Virus record (IMG/VR): IMGVR_UViG_3300045912_000307
DNA from: an uncultured virus (IMG/VR IMGVR_UViG_3300045912_000307)
Taxonomy: Duplodnaviria; Heunggongvirae; Uroviricota; Caudoviricetes
DNA: 64,000 bases
Direction: 5' to 3' (one strand)
The stretch's first letter is position 1. The number at the start of each line of letters is the position of its first letter. The notes below the pieces were generated by a model that worked only from the letters and a program-made list of their open reading frames with translations, searched no databases and was not told where the DNA came from. Below, in pieces: positions 27,741 to 38,773 of the stretch. Both the position numbers and the translations under genes were made by a program.

Positions 27741-28240
27741 CATTAAGCTTTGACATTGAAACTACAGGTTTGAATTATGAAAAAAACCAAATAGTAGAAA
27801 TATTTGCTAAATCTAACAAAGCTTTATTCCATAGTTATGTTTATGCTGAAACTATTAATGAAGAAGCATATCAAGTAAATAAACTTAGTAAAGAATTTCT
27901 TAATGATAAACCTAGTGAAGAACAAGTACTACTAGCTTTTTCTGAAATATGGAATGAGCACGAGTACGTTAAAGGCTGGAATATTACAAAATTTGATTAC
28001 AACTTTGTAATTAAAAGAGGTAAAAAGTACAATATTAAATTTGATAATAAAAAGATTATTGATACTAAACTTGTAGTAGCAAATAAACTTAAAATTACTA
28101 ATAATCAACTTAATGGTAATATTTATAATTTAGCTAATGCTTATCAATACTTTACTGGTAAAGAGTTAAAAAATGCTCATAGTGCTAAAGCTGATGTATT
28201 AGCTGAAATAAGTATATGTAAACAGTTACTAACAAAGTAA
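27716..28240 (+). CDS. DEDDh 3'-5' exonuclease (DnaQ-like)
   Basis: FDIETTG, WN..FD, AHSA.AD. Confidence 0.9.
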   Translation: MGRSILDVALSFDIETTGLNYEKNQIVEIFAKSNKALFHSYVYAETINEEAYQVNKLSKEFLNDKPSEEQVLLAFSEIWNEHEYVKGWNITKFDYNFVIKRGKKYNIKFDNKKIIDTKLVVANKLKITNNQLNGNIYNLANAYQYFTGKELKNAHSAKADVLAEISICKQLLTK

Positions 28241-28254
28241 TATGAATTTGTATA

Positions 28255-28515
28255 ATGAATAGATGGTTTTCATTAACTATAGTTACATTAATGATTCTAT
28301 CTATTGTATTCTCCCAAGAGATTGTTTATTATATCAACTCTTGGAGAGAGTATTACAATAGTTTAGAAGAATTAAATACAACTCAAGTTATTTTAAGATT
28401 ACTACTTAATTATTGGGAAGGATTTAGTATAGCTTTAAACTTAAGTTTTTTATTTGTAATAGCTAAATTAGTCGAAACATTTAATGGTATTGTAAATAAA
28501 ATCAAAGCAAAATGA
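28255..28515 (+). CDS. small membrane protein
   Basis: Two hydrophobic segments. Confidence 0.65.
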   Translation: MNRWFSLTIVTLMILSIVFSQEIVYYINSWREYYNSLEELNTTQVILRLLLNYWEGFSIALNLSFLFVIAKLVETFNGIVNKIKAK

Positions 28516-28934
28516 CAATTGAATTACTTGATAAATTGATCCTATTAGCTCATGGTCGTAATCATTTAACTCCTGAAGATAAAGATAAGCTTTTAGAACA
28601 AGAGTTTATTAAGCTTACAGATAGAGGTTGGATGATTACTAATAAAGGTAAAATCCATGTTAAAGAACAAAGCAAATATAAATGGAACATGAAACGTACT
28701 AATGACTACGATAATTATCTTAAAGAAGTACCTACAGCTGCTTTAAACGCTTTAGTACTTTCATTAGTTAATACAAATCTTATTGCTAGAGTATCTAAAA
28801 AAGCCATTAGAGCTTTAGGTTATAAATTATTAAGACCTGATTTATTTAATCAATTAGGTAAAGAATTAATTATTAAGTTACATGAGCAAAGTAGCAGAAG
28901 TATCGAGTACTTTAAAACCAAATCAAATAGTTAA
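28512..28934 (+). CDS. hypothetical protein (wHTH-like N-terminus)
   Basis: ORF with W.IT.KG wing-like motif. Confidence 0.65.
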   Translation: MTIELLDKLILLAHGRNHLTPEDKDKLLEQEFIKLTDRGWMITNKGKIHVKEQSKYKWNMKRTNDYDNYLKEVPTAALNALVLSLVNTNLIARVSKKAIRALGYKLLRPDLFNQLGKELIIKLHEQSSRSIEYFKTKSNS

Positions 28935-29652
28935 TATTTACACTGATTATAAAGATGAAGTAGGTTACGAAGGTAAAGCTAGATTAATTACTAAACTATA
29001 TAAAGGAGATTCGTTTTTCATTAGCAATGAAAGCATTTTACCTGGTGATAAAAAAGTTTATACAGAACAAGATTTAGACGCTATAAGAAAATATGAAAGA
29101 TTAGTTAAGTTTTTTTATGGTAATGAAAATAAAAAACCTACTAAACCTTGTGTAATACTCAGGAATAAGTTAATAGCTATTCTTAAGAATACTAATAATT
29201 ATTCAGAAATGAATAATTATTTGAATAATCTTAGAGTAAAAATTGCTAATAAAGTATTTAAAGAAAGCAGTGTTATTGATGTGCTTAATGTTTTTGATAA
29301 TGATTATCTTATTAAGTTTACTCAGCAACATAAAAGAGATTGGTCAGCAAGTGTTTATAATTATGAAAGATGGTTAGTAGAATTCATTGAAGATAATACA
29401 GGCTGGCCTATTAATTTTAGAACACAACGTAATATTAGGTTTTTAGTCAAATGGAATCCTAAAGACAAAGTAATGAATAATGAAATTAGTAAATACACTA
29501 CTTACAATAGTCAAACTTATTTTCATCCTTTAAATCATGTAGATGAATTGATAGGAATTAAAAAGAACAATAAAAAAATAAAACAAATATCTGATAGTAA
29601 ATATTTAAAACTTGTATTTGATGACATCAAAAATAAAACTATCGAAGACTGA
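28882..29652 (+). CDS. hypothetical protein
   Basis: 256-aa ORF. Confidence 0.75.
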   Translation: MSKVAEVSSTLKPNQIVNIYTDYKDEVGYEGKARLITKLYKGDSFFISNESILPGDKKVYTEQDLDAIRKYERLVKFFYGNENKKPTKPCVILRNKLIAILKNTNNYSEMNNYLNNLRVKIANKVFKESSVIDVLNVFDNDYLIKFTQQHKRDWSASVYNYERWLVEFIEDNTGWPINFRTQRNIRFLVKWNPKDKVMNNEISKYTTYNSQTYFHPLNHVDELIGIKKNNKKIKQISDSKYLKLVFDDIKNKTIED

Positions 29653-29947
29653 TTTCTATAAAAAGTTATTAAGTTGTGATAAAGTAGATATTGTTTATAA
29701 TGAATCTTTTTCTAATTATAAAGCTAGGGTTAAGAAAGAAATTACAGAATTGAGTATAAAAGACTGGTATAAAATAGATAAAATACTTAATAAGAAAACT
29801 AACGTTTACTCTTGTATTATAAATACACCTTCTGTAGTTAACATAGATTTATTAAATACTACAGTTGATGATGTCCCTAAAACATTTAGATTAAATGACA
29901 TAGTAGCTTTTTGTTATAATGGAACAACCTTTACAAAAAGTAAATAG
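29621..29947 (+). CDS. hypothetical protein
   Basis: ATG at 29621 preferred. Confidence 0.65.
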   Translation: MTSKIKLSKTDFYKKLLSCDKVDIVYNESFSNYKARVKKEITELSIKDWYKIDKILNKKTNVYSCIINTPSVVNIDLLNTTVDDVPKTFRLNDIVAFCYNGTTFTKSK

Positions 29948-32000
29948 TACTTATGTTTACGATATTGAAACTTTAACTAATTTTTTTTCAGCAGTATTTC
30001 TAGATATTCAAACTAAAGAGATTTACATATTTAAGATTTACAGTACAGATACATCAGAGTTAAATCAATTAGATGAGCTTATCAGCTTTTTGCAGAAATG
30101 CAAAGGGCTGATAGGCTTTAATAATTTAGCTTTTGACTTTCAAGTATTAGAAAGTATTATACAAAACTATACTAAGCTTAAACATAAATCAACTAAAGAT
30201 ATAGTATCAGATATATATAGTTATGCACAAGAGCATATTGAAAGAGAAATTCCTAAAATTCATCCTAACAAGTTTAGTATTCCTAATTTAGACTTATTTA
30301 AACTTAATCACTTTGATGGTAAAGCTAAACAAGGAGTATCTCTTAAATGGTTACAATACGTCTTAGATTATGATAATGTACAAGACATGCCTATTCATCA
30401 CACTAGTAGAGTTAAAGATGAAGATATTGATTTAATTATTGAGTATAATATTAATGATGTAAAGTCCACTTATCACTTTTATGAATTATGTCATGATAAG
30501 CTAGATTTAAGAAGAACATTAAGTAAACTATATAACATTAACTTAATGAATGCTTCTGAACCTAGAATAGTAAAAGAAACTATGTTAATAGATATGTCTA
30601 AATCTATGGGAATAGATAAAGACGTTTTAAAAGAAATGAGAACTAAACGTGATAAAATATGCTTTGATGAAATAATCTTTGACTATGTAAAGTTTGAATC
30701 TAAAGAATTTAATGCTTTGTTAGAGTTTCTTAAACTACAATGTATAACTGAAACTAAAGGTGCTTTTTCTAAGATTACTAATAAGACTAAAGGTTTTGAG
30801 TTGATTAGAAAGTATATACCTAATGATTCAGAGTTTATTAAACTTGATAAAAAAGGAATTACTGTTAAGAAACTAGCTATAAAATTTGATAATGAAATAT
30901 ATGTGTATGGTACTGGTGGTATTCATAGTTATTTAAAGAATAGACTTGTTATACCTAAAGATGATGAGTTAATACTAGACTTAGATGTAGAAAGCTATTA
31001 TCCTAATTTGTGTATTAAGAATAAACTAAGACCTGAGCATTTAGGTGAGCATTTTACTGAGTTGTATGAGAATTATTTCTTAATGCGTAAGAAGTATCCT
31101 AAGAAAACAGCTATGAACACTTTTTATAAGCTTATTTTAAACACTCTTTATGGTTTAAGTAATGAAGAAAATAGTTTTTTATATGACCCTAAAATGACTA
31201 TGAGTATTACTCTTAATGGTCAATTACTACTTTCTATGCTTATTGAAAGATTAGTATTACATACTAATAGTAAATGTGTAGCTGCTAATACTGATGGTGC
31301 TACTTTTGTAATTAAAAAAGATGAACTAGAGTTGGTTAAAAGTATTGTATTAGAGTGGGAGAATCTTACTAAGCTTAAAATGGAAGAAGCTTACTATGAT
31401 AAGTTAATATTTAGAGATGTTAATTCTTATATATGGTTAGGTAAATCTAAACCTAAATTAAAAGGATTCTTTGAATATAAACCAGAAATTATTGAGTATC
31501 ATAAAAAGCATTCTATGCCTATTGTACCAGAAGCTATTGTTAAATACTTTACTGAAGGTACTGATGTAATAGACTTTATTAGAAATTGTAAAGACGTATT
31601 TAAGTTTAAAATAGGCGTTAAAGCTAAAGGAAATAACAAGTATGAATATAGGGTTTATGATAAAAATTTAAATCTTATTAAAAGAGATCCGGGTAAAGTA
31701 GTAAGATATTACGTGAGTACTAAAGGTGGTCAATTAATGAGAATAATGCCTCCTATTGTTAAAGCAGATAAAGATCCCAATCAATTAAGAATGTTTGATG
31801 ACGTTGAATTAAAGAATAGAGAATCTAATCAAGAAGCTGGTTATAAAGTTAAAATATTTAATAAATATAATTCAAATGAAAAGCTATTTATTAATTACAA
31901 CTATTATATCAAACAAGCTTTAAGTATTATTAAAAAGTTTGATATGGATTATTATAAGAAATGTATATCAAGATTAAAGTCGGAACAACAAAAGTTATGA
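29919..32000 (+). CDS. polB: DNA polymerase family B
   Basis: Exo YDIET, GFNN..FD; Pol DVESYYPN, KLILNTLYG, ANTDG. Confidence 0.95.
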   Translation: MEQPLQKVNSTYVYDIETLTNFFSAVFLDIQTKEIYIFKIYSTDTSELNQLDELISFLQKCKGLIGFNNLAFDFQVLESIIQNYTKLKHKSTKDIVSDIYSYAQEHIEREIPKIHPNKFSIPNLDLFKLNHFDGKAKQGVSLKWLQYVLDYDNVQDMPIHHTSRVKDEDIDLIIEYNINDVKSTYHFYELCHDKLDLRRTLSKLYNINLMNASEPRIVKETMLIDMSKSMGIDKDVLKEMRTKRDKICFDEIIFDYVKFESKEFNALLEFLKLQCITETKGAFSKITNKTKGFELIRKYIPNDSEFIKLDKKGITVKKLAIKFDNEIYVYGTGGIHSYLKNRLVIPKDDELILDLDVESYYPNLCIKNKLRPEHLGEHFTELYENYFLMRKKYPKKTAMNTFYKLILNTLYGLSNEENSFLYDPKMTMSITLNGQLLLSMLIERLVLHTNSKCVAANTDGATFVIKKDELELVKSIVLEWENLTKLKMEEAYYDKLIFRDVNSYIWLGKSKPKLKGFFEYKPEIIEYHKKHSMPIVPEAIVKYFTEGTDVIDFIRNCKDVFKFKIGVKAKGNNKYEYRVYDKNLNLIKRDPGKVVRYYVSTKGGQLMRIMPPIVKADKDPNQLRMFDDVELKNRESNQEAGYKVKIFNKYNSNEKLFINYNYYIKQALSIIKKFDMDYYKKCISRLKSEQQKL

Positions 32001-32383
32001 TTAGATTATTGCTATTGGTGTTTTTAATATATAGTTGTACACCAGATAAACAAGATAAACCAAAGATTAATCTTAATGAAAATAAGCAAAGTTATAAGAG
32101 AATTAAGAACTCTCATTGGAAAGAGTGTAGACATAAAGAGAGTATTAAGATTATATTAGAAATAAAACTTGAACATTATCTTAGTACTAATAAATTACCT
32201 AAGAAAAGTTTATCACAATGGTTTTTAGATCAACATGATCCTGAATACTGTAGTCCAAAAATCACTAAAGAATTAGATGAGTTTATGGTTACAGTAATTA
32301 GTGATGTAGCAAGAAAATGTTCTATTAATTATGATGCAATTGATAATGATTCTTTAACAGTTATTAAAATAGAAAGTCAATGA
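31997..32383 (+). CDS. putative lipoprotein
   Basis: ATG at 31997 coupled to the polB stop; LIYS|C lipobox. Confidence 0.65.
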   Translation: MIRLLLLVFLIYSCTPDKQDKPKINLNENKQSYKRIKNSHWKECRHKESIKIILEIKLEHYLSTNKLPKKSLSQWFLDQHDPEYCSPKITKELDEFMVTVISDVARKCSINYDAIDNDSLTVIKIESQ

Positions 32384-33786
32384 GTGTATTAAGCATTGTA
32401 TTTGGATTAGGATTAATAGGAGGATTCTTGTTCCTTCTTATTTATTCATTTAAAAAAGGTATCAGTTTTGAACATTTAGTTGTAGAGAAAACAGATGTAG
32501 TATTTAAAGTATTAGCTGGAGTATCTACAATTACTGAAGTAATATCTCTTACTTTTATAGGTATGGCTAGTGGACGTATGGATATGTTCGGAGCTGTTTC
32601 TAGATATGGAGTATTTGGTTTATTTGAAATTCTATCTAGCATTCTTTTTATTGGAGCTTTTAGTTTAGCTATGGAAAAAGCTAAAGAAGATGGAAAGATT
32701 ACTATTCTAGAATGGATAAAAACAGCGTGGAAAACTTTGCCATGGTTTATCTTATCTTTTCTCTTTACTAGTATTATTTGCTTTTTCTACGTTGAAAGCT
32801 TAAACTTAGTAGAAATAAGAATGTCAGGGTCTTCTGGGTTTTTTAAGTTCATACCTATTTTTAATATACAAGTTATTACAGATCGTTCTTTGTTTTCTCC
32901 AGAGTACTTAGAATTACAAGCAGGTAGAATTGAATACTCAGCAATAATGATGATATATTCTACTACTATTATTAATATCTTTTCAGCTATTTTTATTTAT
33001 AAGAAGATAGGCCCTTTAGACAAAAGTAAACATAAGAAAGAAGATAAAAATAGTAAAGTAGATACTAAAGTAGAAACTAAAGTAGATACTAAAAAAGAAG
33101 AAATGAAACCTAAACAAGAAGCTAAACAAGAAAATAAAATTGAGAACAAAGAAGAAGTTAAACAAGAACTTAAACAAGAAGTTAAACAAGAAAATAAAAC
33201 TGAAGCTAAAGTCGTAATAGATCCTACTACTAAAATTGTAGAAGCTTGTGTAAATTTTTTAGCTATTGATCAATTAGCTCTTAAAGACTTTATTTATGAG
33301 TACACAGGGTTTAATCCTCTTACAGGTCAATTAGTAACTCATACTGAAAATACTCACCCTAATGTAAAAGCTAAACTAATAACGCCAGATGAAGCTCTTA
33401 AAGAATTAGTAGAAGATCTTATGGGAGATCATAGAAGAGGTATTATATTTTTAAATAATACTTATAATGAAATCTGCAGTACACTGTCTAAAGTACCTTT
33501 AATTAAAACTAACTTTAATAAGTATTTAGATGAGTATAATCATAGCAAAAGTCAAAATGCTAAAATTAGTTTAAAAGGAGCTCAAGAAGATTTAAGTAAA
33601 TTACTTAAAAAAGCAGAAGAACTAGTTAAAGCAATGAATTCAAGTAGAGATGCTTTTAGACAAGAGCTTATTAGTTACAATATTAAAGATATTAATAGTT
33701 CTTTTAAAGATGCTAAAACAGTTCAGTTAGAAAAAGAAATTACAGAACTATCTAATATTCAACGTACTCAGTTTTTAACATTGTAA
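32380..33786 (+). CDS. multi-TM membrane protein with low-complexity linker and coiled coil
   Basis: About 5 hydrophobic segments in the N-terminal half; KVDT/KQE repeats. Confidence 0.8.
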   Translation: MSVLSIVFGLGLIGGFLFLLIYSFKKGISFEHLVVEKTDVVFKVLAGVSTITEVISLTFIGMASGRMDMFGAVSRYGVFGLFEILSSILFIGAFSLAMEKAKEDGKITILEWIKTAWKTLPWFILSFLFTSIICFFYVESLNLVEIRMSGSSGFFKFIPIFNIQVITDRSLFSPEYLELQAGRIEYSAIMMIYSTTIINIFSAIFIYKKIGPLDKSKHKKEDKNSKVDTKVETKVDTKKEEMKPKQEAKQENKIENKEEVKQELKQEVKQENKTEAKVVIDPTTKIVEACVNFLAIDQLALKDFIYEYTGFNPLTGQLVTHTENTHPNVKAKLITPDEALKELVEDLMGDHRRGIIFLNNTYNEICSTLSKVPLIKTNFNKYLDEYNHSKSQNAKISLKGAQEDLSKLLKKAEELVKAMNSSRDAFRQELISYNIKDINSSFKDAKTVQLEKEITELSNIQRTQFLTL

Positions 33787-33787
33787 T

Positions 33788-34456
33788 ATGATATTACCAA
33801 ATAATGTTGAAGAATTAAGAAAAGAGATGGGTAAAAAAGTTTCTAACTTAACTAAAGAAAAAGAAAATTTAGTTCGTAAACAAAAAGAATTACAATCTGA
33901 TAAGATAACTCTTCTTTCTTCATTACGGGTAGTAATTGCAGATATTACTAATGCTAAAAGAAAACTTATAGAATTTGAACAAATGCAAAAACAAACTTGG
34001 GTTAAAGAATACTATAAGCTTTTTATAGCATCTATAGATGAAATTATAACACCCAGTTATGAAGATCAACAAGAACTAATTAAAACTCTTGAATTGAAAA
34101 GAGATTTTATTAAAGATTCTGTAATAGAAGTTAATAAAAAAATCACTGAATTAACTCAATCAATAACTGAGTTAAAAAGAAAAATATCAATGTTACAAAG
34201 TTTAGCGGGTCGAGTTCATATTGAAGATACTCTTGTTCAGAAAACAGAATTAGATGCTGGTATTATTAATGTAATTGTTAAACATACGGCATTTAATCTG
34301 AAAACTTTAGATGTATTTGAATCATTTTGTGAATATACTAGAGTTAATAGTAAGTGGTACAGGATAAGAGAAAATGATCAAAGTGATAAAGAATGCTCTT
34401 TAGTAAAATCATATATGTTAAATAAATTAATAGAAGACAATGATTCTAGTAGTTGA
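33788..34456 (+). CDS. coiled-coil hypothetical protein
   Basis: Heptad-rich sequence. Confidence 0.75.
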   Translation: MILPNNVEELRKEMGKKVSNLTKEKENLVRKQKELQSDKITLLSSLRVVIADITNAKRKLIEFEQMQKQTWVKEYYKLFIASIDEIITPSYEDQQELIKTLELKRDFIKDSVIEVNKKITELTQSITELKRKISMLQSLAGRVHIEDTLVQKTELDAGIINVIVKHTAFNLKTLDVFESFCEYTRVNSKWYRIRENDQSDKECSLVKSYMLNKLIEDNDSSS

Positions 34457-34979
34457 TGAACAAGAACTTAAAGACTTAATGTCTGCAGGTTTAGTCAAAA
34501 CTATTAATAATAAATTAATAGTTACTATAAAAGTACCTGAGTATAATTGTTCCACTTTTAACAATAATCTTGATTTTAAACATTATGATGTTGAAATAGC
34601 TTATAAGCAACAAGCAATTACTACTTCAACTAATATTGAAGATATTTACAATAGACTTAGAAAAGTATTTGTTACAGATACTAATGCTCATTTAGGTATG
34701 ACTGGAGGTAGAAATTTAAGAACAGGTAATAAAAATAATATTCTTCGTAGATTAGCTTTAAGAGAAAAAGAAGGTTATAATTTAGAATCTTTAATTAAAG
34801 CTGCTGAATATGAAACAGAAAGTAGGATTAAAAATTCTACTCCTAAACAAAATCAACTTAACTATATGAAAGGAATGGAAGCATGGTTAAATGATACTAA
34901 TAACATTGATGCTATGCTAGAAAACATGAATAAAAGTAATGATGAGTTTAAATCAGAAAAACGAGACACTATCTTTTAA
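34440..34979 (+). CDS. hypothetical protein (possible helicase loader/replication initiator)
   Basis: YMK..EAWLN motif; position directly before DnaB. Confidence 0.6.
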   Translation: MILVVDEQELKDLMSAGLVKTINNKLIVTIKVPEYNCSTFNNNLDFKHYDVEIAYKQQAITTSTNIEDIYNRLRKVFVTDTNAHLGMTGGRNLRTGNKNNILRRLALREKEGYNLESLIKAAEYETESRIKNSTPKQNQLNYMKGMEAWLNDTNNIDAMLENMNKSNDEFKSEKRDTIF

Positions 34980-36042
34980 TGATAGACCTATCAATGTACC
35001 TCCGTTACTAAATCAAGAAGATGCCGTAAGAGAATCTTTTAATTATATGGAGAAGAGAATGAAAGGTGATTATACCATAATTAAAACATTCTCTTCAAGA
35101 TTAGATAAAGCTATAGGTTATTTTGAATTAAATACTATGGTTACTATTAGTGCTTTATCCGGAGGTGGTAAAAGTACTTTATCTAAAAGACTTATAAATA
35201 GTATTGTAGAAGATTTAATTAATCAGAATAAAGAAGTAATATGTTTATCGTTTAATTTTGAAATGTTAGCTCATAAAACTATTGCTAGAGAATTATCAAA
35301 TAGATCAAGTAAAACATTAAGAGAATTGTATTCTATTGATAAACCTCTTAGATCTGATGAGTATCAAAAGCTTTATGATGAGTACTTTAATGTTTTAGCT
35401 AACTTTCCAATAAAATATGTAGAAGAACCTCAAGATTATACTAGTATTAAAGATACTATATACTACTATTGGACTAAACTAGCTAAACCTAATAATAAAA
35501 TATTCATAGTTGAAATAGATCATGCAATGATTACTAGGGGTAAAGATGGTGATTCTCAAAAAGACAGACTAGATAACCTTATGGAAAACCTAAATGTAAT
35601 TAAGAAAAGAATTGCAGCACAAGGTGGTCAAATGATAATTTTTATACTTTCACAAATGAATAGAGATATTAAAAGCGAAAATAGAAGGTTAGTACCAGAA
35701 TTACAATATCCTACGACTAGTGATCTATTTGCAGCATCAGCTATAGAGTTTTTCAGTGATTATATTATTATTGCTCATAACCCTAGTAAGTTAAATCTTA
35801 AGTCATATACTGAGTATAAATACCCTATATTTGTTAAAGAGTCAAACAATGATTTAACACCTTTTATTTATTTTCATATACTTAAGAATAGAGATGGTAT
35901 TCCTGATATAACTATACCTTATCTTTCTAGACTTAACTTCTTTGATTTTGAAGAAGTAAGTAGAGAAGATTTTAAAGTATATCACGATACTTTTTTAGCA
36001 ACTAAAACAAATCCAAATAGAATACATAAAACTATAATTTAA
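34939..36042 (+). CDS. dnaB: DnaB-like replicative helicase
   Basis: SGGGKST, FEM, IDH, LSQMNR, KNRDG. Confidence 0.93.
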   Translation: MMSLNQKNETLSFNDRPINVPPLLNQEDAVRESFNYMEKRMKGDYTIIKTFSSRLDKAIGYFELNTMVTISALSGGGKSTLSKRLINSIVEDLINQNKEVICLSFNFEMLAHKTIARELSNRSSKTLRELYSIDKPLRSDEYQKLYDEYFNVLANFPIKYVEEPQDYTSIKDTIYYYWTKLAKPNNKIFIVEIDHAMITRGKDGDSQKDRLDNLMENLNVIKKRIAAQGGQMIIFILSQMNRDIKSENRRLVPELQYPTTSDLFAASAIEFFSDYIIIAHNPSKLNLKSYTEYKYPIFVKESNNDLTPFIYFHILKNRDGIPDITIPYLSRLNFFDFEEVSREDFKVYHDTFLATKTNPNRIHKTII

Positions 36043-36048
36043 TAAACA

Positions 36049-36750
36049 ATGGCAACTAAAAAGTCAACAGAAATTACACACCCATCTTCAGTAGAAAAAG
36101 CTTTTTCTACTATTAATGAACTTATTAATAAAAGTCTAGTACCTAAATCAATAAGAACTGTAGAAGAAGGTGTTCAAATTATTAAAATGGGGTACTCTCT
36201 AGGTATGGATGAAATGACTGCTTTAAATTCTCTTGAGTTTATTCAAGGTAATTTAGCTATTAAATCTAAAATCATACCTGGATTACTTGCTAAGAAAGGT
36301 GTTGCAATTCAAATTATAAAAGACTTTGAAATAGAATATGAAGAAAAGCAAATGCCTGTTAAAAAGTACATACAAGATCCTAAAACAGGAGAAGTTAAAG
36401 TAGCTACTGTTAATGATAAAGAACTTTATATACTTAATGAAGATGGTACTATTAAAATGGAAACAGTTAAAGTACCAGTAGATAGAGTAACCACTGTTAA
36501 ATTTATTAGATATTTTCCTGAATTAAATCAAACTATTGAAAACTTAGTTAGTTTTAGATGGTCTATGGCTAAATCAGCTGGTTGGGATACTAAAGCTAAT
36601 TGGAAAGCTAATCCTGCTTATATGATGATGGCTAGATGTATTTCACGTGGAGCAAGATTATGTGCTTCTGACATTATTGGTGGTCTTTATGATAATTATG
36701 AATTACAAGATGTAGCTAATATTGAATATACTATTAATCAAGAAAATTAA
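36049..36750 (+). CDS. RecT-like single-strand annealing protein
   Basis: A...GW..K.NW...P..M..AR.ISR.AR...D...GLY..EL motif. Confidence 0.7.
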   Translation: MATKKSTEITHPSSVEKAFSTINELINKSLVPKSIRTVEEGVQIIKMGYSLGMDEMTALNSLEFIQGNLAIKSKIIPGLLAKKGVAIQIIKDFEIEYEEKQMPVKKYIQDPKTGEVKVATVNDKELYILNEDGTIKMETVKVPVDRVTTVKFIRYFPELNQTIENLVSFRWSMAKSAGWDTKANWKANPAYMMMARCISRGARLCASDIIGGLYDNYELQDVANIEYTINQEN

Positions 36751-36771
36751 TTAACTTTTAAAAACTAAACT

Positions 36772-37272
36772 ATGAATCTTACATTTCTTAAACCTAATTT
36801 TAAAGTACCAGTAGCAGGTTCTACATTACCTATTATTACATTGTATCCTCGTGAAAATAAGAAAAGGGATACTATTTCTTTTAATAATGGAGCTGTTAAA
36901 CAGCTTGATCTATTTATGAATAATAAAGATAAAGTAATTGTATTTAATAATTACATGATTAATGATAAAGCAGAATGTGTAATTTTTTCTACTGATAAAT
37001 CTACTATTGAAGTACCAGTAGAGAATAATAAGAAAAGTAAAAGTAAAGTAAAAAAGTATAAAACACATCAAGTACACGATAGTACTTTAAATGTGTATAG
37101 TAAAGAAATGTACGATATTATTTGTGAAGCTCTTAATCTAGATTGTACTTTACAAAATCACGTTCTTTTAACACCTACTGATGCTATTACTGGTGGAGCT
37201 TTTGTATTAAGTGTATATCAAGAACCTGAATTTAACAAAGGTCAAGATATTGAAATTATTAAACAGGATTAA
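36772..37272 (+). CDS. hypothetical protein
   Basis: 166-aa ORF. Confidence 0.75.
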   Translation: MNLTFLKPNFKVPVAGSTLPIITLYPRENKKRDTISFNNGAVKQLDLFMNNKDKVIVFNNYMINDKAECVIFSTDKSTIEVPVENNKKSKSKVKKYKTHQVHDSTLNVYSKEMYDIICEALNLDCTLQNHVLLTPTDAITGGAFVLSVYQEPEFNKGQDIEIIKQD

Positions 37273-37323
37273 AACTTAAATTAAATACTTATATTAATTA
37301 ACTAACTAATTAAATTTAACAAC

Positions 37324-38397
37324 ATGAAAGGTTCTAAAATTACTACTAACAACAACGTTAAAGCATTCTTCTCCGGTGAAGTATTAGCTACTCCTATTAA
37401 ATTTAATCCTACTGCTGCTGATATTAAACGAATTAAAGGACTTAATAAAGATATTAGTGAACCAGAGTATAAGAAAACTATTGGAGATAAACAGTATACT
37501 TTAATTAGCTTATTGCTAGAGTTTAATCCCAATAAACTACTTAATAGTAAAGATTATAGTAATAAGAACTTTGTTAATTATGAATTTGCAATCAGTAAAG
37601 ATTACGCTTATGGTAAAAACAGTGGTAAATATCAAATCATTGATGATCATAATCAAGTAGCATGGGTTAAAGTTGAAGACTTGAATGATGTTAAAAGTGC
37701 TGTTTTAAAAGCTAAAGCATCTGGAGAATATAAAGAAAAAGATAGAATTCATGATATTGATGAAAATACTGCTCGTATTGCTAAAGTAGGTGAAGTAGCT
37801 CTTTATGATTTGTTATTTAATATGAGTAATTTTGCACCATATCGTAAAGGTAAAGAAGATTCACTTAGTCATTTTTATTTAGGAGAAAATCCTCATGAAA
37901 CATTTGATTTACTTGTTGATGGAGTATTTGATATTCTTGATTGTGTTTTAGTTAATGGTCAATTTCATGAGTTTTATACTGATAAAAATGATAACCAACT
38001 ACCTTTAGGTATTTTGCTAGGAGTAAGTCATAATAGAAATGGAGGACTTAGACAGGAAGTATACACTCCAAATACTCATATTAATATTTCAACAAGTGCT
38101 TTATTTAAATATAGTGCTAAAGAAAGAGAAATTACAGTTAATGACAAAGTATATAAAACAAAATTGTCAAAAGAAACAATTAAAACCATTAATGATCAAA
38201 ATTATCCTTGGGATGCTTTCATTAAGAAAACAACAGGTAAAGAAGTAAAAGATGAATTTACTACTGTAGAGTTTGTTAAGTATTCTTTTACAGAAGTAAA
38301 AGATGAAGATTTACCTTCTTCAGATACTAGTATTGTAGATCCTATTCAAAACACTTCATCAATGTTTGATAATAATGTTGATGACTTTCCTTTCTAG
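37324..38397 (+). CDS. putative single-stranded DNA-binding protein
   Basis: Acidic C-terminal DDFPF tail; replication context. Confidence 0.65.
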   Translation: MKGSKITTNNNVKAFFSGEVLATPIKFNPTAADIKRIKGLNKDISEPEYKKTIGDKQYTLISLLLEFNPNKLLNSKDYSNKNFVNYEFAISKDYAYGKNSGKYQIIDDHNQVAWVKVEDLNDVKSAVLKAKASGEYKEKDRIHDIDENTARIAKVGEVALYDLLFNMSNFAPYRKGKEDSLSHFYLGENPHETFDLLVDGVFDILDCVLVNGQFHEFYTDKNDNQLPLGILLGVSHNRNGGLRQEVYTPNTHINISTSALFKYSAKEREITVNDKVYKTKLSKETIKTINDQNYPWDAFIKKTTGKEVKDEFTTVEFVKYSFTEVKDEDLPSSDTSIVDPIQNTSSMFDNNVDDFPF

Positions 38398-38428
38398 ATA
38401 AGTTATTACTTATTTATATTTACTAACT

Positions 38429-38456
38429 AGGTATGCTATTATAGCATACCTTTTAT
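38429..38456 (+). terminator. palindromic terminator
   Basis: AGGTATGCTAT-T-ATAGCATACCT followed by a T tract. Confidence 0.65.
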
Positions 38457-38467
38457 ATTTTTAATAT

Positions 38468-38773
38468 ATGACAGTAATTATCAAAGGTACTATTCAGAAT
38501 ACTTACTCTGTAACTAAAAGTAAATCTAGAATTAAAACTATAACTAATGATATTCATACTATCCAAGTATTTGAAAATCAAATTGAAGAAGTAGCTTCAC
38601 AAATAAGAGGATGGCCAGTCATAATAGATAAAGATTTTAAAGTCGTTAAATGTAATGGTATAACTGAAAGCTTTGATAGATTGCAAAATCTTAAACCAAA
38701 TATGACTTATGACTTATTTGATTTCAAAGACTTATCTTATAAAGAGATCTTAAGAATCATTAAACTTTTATGA
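38468..38773 (+). CDS. hypothetical protein
   Basis: 101-aa ORF. Confidence 0.65.
   Translation: MTVIIKGTIQNTYSVTKSKSRIKTITNDIHTIQVFENQIEEVASQIRGWPVIIDKDFKVVKCNGITESFDRLQNLKPNMTYDLFDFKDLSYKEILRIIKLL

Noticed and set aside
33050..33210. KVDT/KQE nucleotide repeats as a regulatory or DGR-type repeat
   Set aside because: In-frame low-complexity protein linker; no reverse transcriptase is present in the window.
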